From an uncultured Gammaproteobacteria bacterium (GTDB lineage Bacteria; Patescibacteriota; Microgenomatia; Levybacterales; GWA1-39-11): a stretch of 64,000 bases of DNA. Where the stretch lies: the NCBI GenBank assembly GCA_964409875.1, contig CAYPEN010000001.1, positions 198,637-262,636 on the forward strand, given 5' to 3'. The notes below the pieces were generated by a model, which was not told the DNA's origin, made no database searches, and saw nothing but the letters and a program-made list of their open reading frames with translations. The position numbers and the translations under genes were made by a program. Shown here piece by piece: positions 58,994 to 64,000 of the stretch (the first letter of the stretch is position 1; each line of letters starts with the position of its first letter).

Positions 58994-59605
58994 ATGGCAG
59001 CAACTTCTGAGTTACAGCAACAATTTGATGAGATTACTGCTCAACGTCATTCATTTGCACGAAGATTTCATGAAATTGTCGGTACAAAAAAGGCTTTTGA
59101 AAGGATAATCCCTCAAGAAGTTTCAGCGAAGATATCGTTTGTTGAGGGCGTTTTCTCATATCTTGTGGTTCACGGATTGAATGGAGGAGACAATAGTACG
59201 GGTTTTGATGAGGCGCGGGATTATGTTTGGGTATCAGGTTTTACAACAGAATTACCCGATACTTCTTATAGAAATCCTAGACCGCGTGTTTTATTTGCAG
59301 GCTTAACAGAGTATGTTTGGCGTGATTACTTTGGTGGGCAACATGATTTTAGACCAGGCATGAGGCTCGGAGCAATACAGGTTGATAAAGACAGGGGTTA
59401 TAAAACAGATGATCTTGCAATGGCAGCAAAAGTAATTGATGACAAACATAGTTCTAATGTGGGGAGTTTTCCACTTGAGGAATATTCATTGGATCAGCTC
59501 AAAGATGAGAGCTTTATTAATTCGTCAAAAGCAAAACTTGAAAGCCAATTAGGTTTCTTAGCCGAAGAGTTAAAAGTGAATACTCCTTCTAATTCACTTG
59601 TTTAG
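58994..59605 (+). CDS. hypothetical protein
   Basis: 203 aa; lies between the duplicated 3' ends. Confidence 0.65.
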   Translation: MAATSELQQQFDEITAQRHSFARRFHEIVGTKKAFERIIPQEVSAKISFVEGVFSYLVVHGLNGGDNSTGFDEARDYVWVSGFTTELPDTSYRNPRPRVLFAGLTEYVWRDYFGGQHDFRPGMRLGAIQVDKDRGYKTDDLAMAAKVIDDKHSSNVGSFPLEEYSLDQLKDESFINSSKAKLESQLGFLAEELKVNTPSNSLV

Positions 59606-59615
59606 TGTATAGGTT

Positions 59616-59999
59616 TTACCCTTTGAAATTTCTGCCTTGTTCGGCGCGGCCTAAAGCCTGGCGCGAGGCTTCATCTATTTTAGGGCGCGAATTGGTGGTA
59701 CTTGGTCCGTTTTCTTCGTCTAAGACAGTTTTTTGAACAATATCCGGTCCCTTTTTTTGTGCATTTTGAGAGGCTATTTGCGCCATTTCAGCTTCAATTG
59801 CCTTTATCCGTTGAAAAGTAGCAGCTTGCTGGGCCTTTTTCTTCATCTCATTTTCTTCAGAAGTATAGCCTGCTACCTGCTGTGTTACGGTTTTGAGTGA
59901 GCTTGAGGCACTCCCTGCAACCTGATTGACCGTTTCCTTTACGAAGTCTTTACCTGCATCTGCAACAGAGCCTAAAATTGAAGAATCACCATCACTCAT
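59616..59999 (-). CDS. hypothetical protein
   Basis: 127 aa; C-terminus conserved in the duplicate copy. Confidence 0.7.
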   Translation of the reverse strand: MSDGDSSILGSVADAGKDFVKETVNQVAGSASSSLKTVTQQVAGYTSEENEMKKKAQQAATFQRIKAIEAEMAQIASQNAQKKGPDIVQKTVLDEENGPSTTNSRPKIDEASRQALGRAEQGRNFKG

Positions 60000-60091
60000 A
60001 CCAATAGTTAATATCTAATAGTTGATAGTTAATAGTATAAGGAGAAATCGACAAAAAAACAAAATTTTCATCAGCTATTGACTATTAGGTA

Positions 60092-61222
60092 TCATTGCGA
60101 GGGGGCTTCCTTGAGTTTTACATCAATGTCTTTCGTATCGCCATCACGGTAGAGCGTAACAGTAATAGTATCTCCAACCTTTTTCTTAGAAATAAGTAAT
60201 GCAAGTGCTGCATCCGTATCATTTACTTGTTTTCCGTCAATTTTCGTAATGATGTCTCCAATTTTGATTCCGGCATTATCAGCTGAAGAATCGGGAACAA
60301 CATTTTGGACCAACGCACCTTGCGGCATTTCATTGAGAAGTGCTGCGCGCTGGGAGATGATATTGTAGGTAACTCCTAAGAAAGGGCGGGAGAATTTACC
60401 GGTTTGATTGAAGTTATCAAGCGATTCTTTAACGAGATTTATGGGGATTGCAAAGCCGATATTTTGTCCTTGCTCCGATACGGCGGTATTAATTCCTATA
60501 ACTTGACCTACCGAATTGAGAAGCGGGCCACCCGAATTCCCCGGGTTGATAGCCGCGTCGGTTTGGATAACATTGTCCAACCGTTCAGCAAATCCTGCAT
60601 AGGAACTTCCAGCAGTTATACCTCTTCCGAGGCCTGATACGACACCTGTTGTAACCGTATTCCTGAATTCACCCAGCGCCGTGCCAATTGCTATAACGCT
60701 TTGGCCTACCTCAAGATTGCTGGAGGAACCCAGTGTAATTTCTGGCAAACCGTTGATAGGCGGGTTTTTAACAGAAATGATGGCAATATCATTTGCGGGG
60801 TCGCGGTACACTTTGTCCACATCGTATTTATTCCCTTTTTCATCGATAACGATATAGTCGGCTTGACTTGATACCACGTGCTTATTTGTGACAATTATAC
60901 CTTCCTTTTTGACTACAAATCCGGTTCCAATATAGTCTTCCTGGGATTGTCCGTCAGATGGGGTAGGTTGTGGAATGTTAAAGAAGAAGGAAAATGGACC
61001 ATTATCCCGTTGTGATAGACTGTTTTTAACTCCAATAGTAACGACACTGGGACTCACTTTTTTAACCACATCAATGACATTTGATTGTTCTTTGATGATG
61101 ACTGTTTTGTCCGCCTGCTGGTTTTTTGAAAGAAGTTTTGAAAGCTGTGGTGAGTGGGATATTGCATCCCACGAAAAAGCTACGATGAGAAGAATTATGA
61201 GGAGTACAAATAGTTTTCTCAT
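60092..61222 (-). CDS. htrA: HtrA/DegP-like serine protease with PDZ domain
   Basis: GTGFVV, TNKHV, QTDAAINPGNSGGPL, PDZ. Confidence 0.94.
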   Translation of the reverse strand: MRKLFVLLIILLIVAFSWDAISHSPQLSKLLSKNQQADKTVIIKEQSNVIDVVKKVSPSVVTIGVKNSLSQRDNGPFSFFFNIPQPTPSDGQSQEDYIGTGFVVKKEGIIVTNKHVVSSQADYIVIDEKGNKYDVDKVYRDPANDIAIISVKNPPINGLPEITLGSSSNLEVGQSVIAIGTALGEFRNTVTTGVVSGLGRGITAGSSYAGFAERLDNVIQTDAAINPGNSGGPLLNSVGQVIGINTAVSEQGQNIGFAIPINLVKESLDNFNQTGKFSRPFLGVTYNIISQRAALLNEMPQGALVQNVVPDSSADNAGIKIGDIITKIDGKQVNDTDAALALLISKKKVGDTITVTLYRDGDTKDIDVKLKEAPSQ

Positions 61223-61249
61223 AAGAGTACTATATTCTATAAAGTTTAA

Positions 61250-61308
61250 AATTTCCTGAAAAGGAAATTTCAAGGTTTCCTTCTAATTTCCTGAAAAGGA
61301 AATTTCAA
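61250..61308. promoter_or_regulatory. two identical 24-bp palindromic sites between htrA and rpsF
   Basis: AATTTCCTGAAAAGGAAATTTCAA at 61250 and 61285. Confidence 0.6.
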
Positions 61309-61451
61309 ACTCATTAAAACAAGTCCTAGTGTAGTACTGCAAACGCTAGGAGTCAACTTTGATGACTTCCTACTTGTAATTTTGGGTAGGTTTTAGTATC
61401 ATAGTGGGAATCTTTGAACTCAGTTTTCGTGTGGTTACAAAGAAAGATATT

Positions 61452-61727
61452 ATGGCTCGCAAATACAGACTCGTTTTGGTCCTGAAAAGTGACCTCAAAA
61501 AGGAAGCAAAAGACAAACTTTTGGCCAGCGTGAAATCGTGGGGCGGAAAGATAAGTGCAGACAAAGTGACTGAGCTTGGTGAGAAGAAATTTGCATATCC
61601 TATTAAGGGGGCACAAAAAGGAGATTACGTTCTTATGGAGTTGGAGAGCGATGCGGTATCGGGAGAACTAGAGAACAAGGTCAGAATTAACGACGACATT
61701 CTAAGACACTTACTAGTGAGGGACTAA
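61452..61727 (+). CDS. rpsF: 30S ribosomal protein S6
   Basis: LGEKKFAYPI, G.Y, ILRHLLVR. Confidence 0.94.
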   Translation: MARKYRLVLVLKSDLKKEAKDKLLASVKSWGGKISADKVTELGEKKFAYPIKGAQKGDYVLMELESDAVSGELENKVRINDDILRHLLVRD

Positions 61728-61814
61728 TTTTAAATTTGAAATTTTAAATTTTTAATCAAATTCAAATTTTTAAAAATTCATTTAAAATTAAAAATTAAGA
61801 ATTAAAAATTATAC

Positions 61815-62303
61815 ATGGCTAGGTCATTGAACAGAGTACAACTAATCGGTAACTTAACACGGGATCCTGAGCTGCGGTATACCCCACAGGGGACTGCAGT
61901 GTGTACTTTTGGGTTAGCAACTAACAGAAGTTGGACGACTGATAATGGGGATAAAAAGGAAGAGGCGGAATATCACAAAATTGTCGCCTGGAACAAGCTC
62001 GGAGAACTCTGTTCGCAGCTTTTGACAAAAGGAAGAAAAGTATATGTAGAAGGAAGACTTTCAACAAGAAGTTGGACGGGACAAGATGGAGCTCAGAAAT
62101 CAACGACCGAGATAGTTATTGATGACATGATTATTCTTGATTCCCGAAAAGAGGGAGCCGGTGTAGCACCTGAAGCAGACATGTCATACGAAGAAGAAGA
62201 GCAGGCACCGGTTGCAAAACCAAAAGCGGCAAAGAGCAAAAAAGAAGAGAAGAGTGAAGAGGCTGGGTTTGATGATGTCAATCCCGACGACATTCCTTTT
62301 TAG
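61815..62303 (+). CDS. ssb: single-stranded DNA-binding protein
   Basis: LNRVQLIGNLTRDPELRYT; C-terminal DDIPF. Confidence 0.98.
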   Translation: MARSLNRVQLIGNLTRDPELRYTPQGTAVCTFGLATNRSWTTDNGDKKEEAEYHKIVAWNKLGELCSQLLTKGRKVYVEGRLSTRSWTGQDGAQKSTTEIVIDDMIILDSRKEGAGVAPEADMSYEEEEQAPVAKPKAAKSKKEEKSEEAGFDDVNPDDIPF

Positions 62304-62416
62304 GAAACACTAAATTCGAAGCACGAAACAGGTTTGAAATTTAGGAATTTGAATTTTAGAATTGTTTCGAATTTCGATATTAGAATTTAGAATTTCTTTT
62401 TCGAAGAAAAAGTATT

Positions 62417-62665
62417 ATGCCAAAGAAAAAACTAGTTAGACGAAAAAATATACGGGAAGTAGCTAAAGAATGCTATTTCTGTAAAGAAAAGAAGAATCCG
62501 GACTTTATGGATTATGAAACGCTTAAGAAATTTATCTCCGAAAGGGGAAAGATTCTAAGCAGGCAGAGAACCGGAATCTGCAGCAAACATCAAAGAAAGC
62601 TTACCACTGCGGTGAAAAGAGCACGGCTTCTTGCGTTGCTTCCGTTCATCGTGCGGGCTGAATAA
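62417..62665 (+). CDS. rpsR: 30S ribosomal protein S18
   Basis: CYFC, SERGKI, KHQR.L..AVKRAR.LALLP. Confidence 0.97.
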   Translation: MPKKKLVRRKNIREVAKECYFCKEKKNPDFMDYETLKKFISERGKILSRQRTGICSKHQRKLTTAVKRARLLALLPFIVRAE

Positions 62666-62798
62666 GCTCGTAGTCAGAGTAATCATTTCTTTCCTCTTGT
62701 AGAATTCATCAAAAAAATAGTAAGATTAGTGCTACGTTTGGTTGCAGTGGTTCAGCAAAAATTCAGCATTTATGTAGTAATCTAAACGGGCAATTTGT

Positions 62799-64000
62799 AT
62801 GAAGACACAAATAAAACTTCGGGTTTTTCAGCTTTGTATCGTCATCCTGATCTCGGTCGGTGTCGGATACCTTTTGGGAAACTACCGTATCAATGCGCAG
62901 TGGAAGAACTTCAAGCCGATTCTTAGCATCTCAAACCAAAATCCTCCAGTTGCCCAAAATTTGGATATGCGTCTTTTTTATGACGTCGTTAACAAACTCA
63001 ATACAATGTATTACGACAAAAGCAAAATAGATGCAAAAAAAATGGAAACCGGTGCGATTACCGGCATGGTTGCAAGTCTGGGTGATCCATACACGGCTTA
63101 TTTCCCACCAAAACAAAATACCGATTTTAAGACTCAAATGGCCGGTGAATTTTCAGGTATAGGTGCGGAGTTGTCTCTGAACGACCAAAATCAAATAATT
63201 GTTATTGCTCCTCTTGACGGTTCTCCTGCAGAAAAAGCAGGGGTTAAAAGCGGAGACTTAATTGCCAGGGTCGATGGGAAGATGACAACAGGATGGACAA
63301 TTGCAGAGGCGGTTGATAAAATACGCGGTCATAAAGGAACAAAGGTTACTATCACCGTTATTCATCCAAAAGAAAAAGAGGCGCATGACTTAGCGATAGT
63401 AAGAGACACTATTCAGGTAAAAAGTGTGACAAGTTGGGTGAAGCAGTTTGATTGTTCGAAGGGCAATTCTTGCCAGGCTGTAAACAGTGGAAGCTGTGCC
63501 AACTGTGACTCGGTTGCATACATCAGGATTTCACAATTCGGAGACAAGACAAATAATGAATGGCTTGCGGCTGTTAACAAGATTTTGACCCAAATAAAGT
63601 CATCAAAAAATTTCAAAGGACTTATTTTAGACGTCCGTAACAACCCCGGAGGATACCTTAATGACGCAGTATATATTGCTTCTGAATTTGTAAAGAGCGG
63701 ACCAGTTGTCAAACAGGAAGATGGAAATGGCCTTATTGAGTCAATGGATGTAAATAGAACGGGAGTGCTACTTGATGTGCCATTAGCAGTTCTTATCAAC
63801 AAAGGTTCGGCTTCTGCTTCTGAAATAGTGTCGGGTGCATTGCAGGATTATGGACGGGCAAAGCTTGTAGGCGAGCAGTCATTTGGAAAAGGGACCATCC
63901 AGCAGGCGGTTGACGTTGATGGAGGCGGAAGCGTGCATATTTCTGTCGGCAAATGGCTGACTCCGAAAGAGCGGTGGGTACATGGCAAAGGACTTACTCC
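62799..64000 (+). CDS. ctpA: S41 C-terminal processing peptidase, 3'-truncated (not in ORF track)
   Basis: LGDPYT, GIGAE PDZ, LDVRNNPGG, SASASEI, GEQSFGKG. Confidence 0.93.
   Translation, partial: MKTQIKLRVFQLCIVILISVGVGYLLGNYRINAQWKNFKPILSISNQNPPVAQNLDMRLFYDVVNKLNTMYYDKSKIDAKKMETGAITGMVASLGDPYTAYFPPKQNTDFKTQMAGEFSGIGAELSLNDQNQIIVIAPLDGSPAEKAGVKSGDLIARVDGKMTTGWTIAEAVDKIRGHKGTKVTITVIHPKEKEAHDLAIVRDTIQVKSVTSWVKQFDCSKGNSCQAVNSGSCANCDSVAYIRISQFGDKTNNEWLAAVNKILTQIKSSKNFKGLILDVRNNPGGYLNDAVYIASEFVKSGPVVKQEDGNGLIESMDVNRTGVLLDVPLAVLINKGSASASEIVSGALQDYGRAKLVGEQSFGKGTIQQAVDVDGGGSVHISVGKWLTPKERWVHGKGLT

Noticed and set aside
61345-61450. Possible S6:S18 autoregulatory leader hairpins
   Set aside because: Stems are weak and the conserved CCG-type motif is not evident.

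Overview
This is an AT-rich bacterial chromosomal fragment read in the standard code (TGA is used as a stop). Many orphan ORFs, leaderless-type promoters and an archaeal-type isopentenyl phosphate kinase suggest a Patescibacteria/CPR (Microgenomates-like) genome; that placement is inference only. The first ~17.5 kb is a defence/accessory island: DUF3800, a beta-class MTase plus MutH-like endonuclease, a type I RM system with an embedded Fic gene, two PD-(D/E)XK nucleases and an AbrB-Doc toxin-antitoxin pair. From 17.5 to 39 kb are orphan, secreted and envelope genes. From 39 to 64 kb are housekeeping genes (ychF, rpsU, ybeY, dnaX, idi/ipk, prs, proS, prfA, rpmE, hisS, htrA, rpsF-ssb-rpsR, ctpA) interleaved with orphans. 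The most notable signals are: (1) an ~850-nt GC-rich, highly structured non-coding unit at 41.7-42.55 kb with a near-perfect sigma70 promoter and an rRNA-like boxB/boxA leader, a candidate large ncRNA; (2) a short GCCTCAAAAAAA motif at almost every gene junction in the first 7.8 kb, suggesting a cassette array; (3) a DUF3800 gene with a convergent structured small RNA, bracketed by perfect 16-bp direct repeats; (4) duplicated gene 3' ends (ychF x4 with only synonymous differences, plus a second gene) marking integration scars; (5) a dispersed ~95-bp structured element with a compensatory base change; (6) three tiny stress hydrophilin genes missed by the ORF track. All homology calls are from motif recognition; no searches were run.
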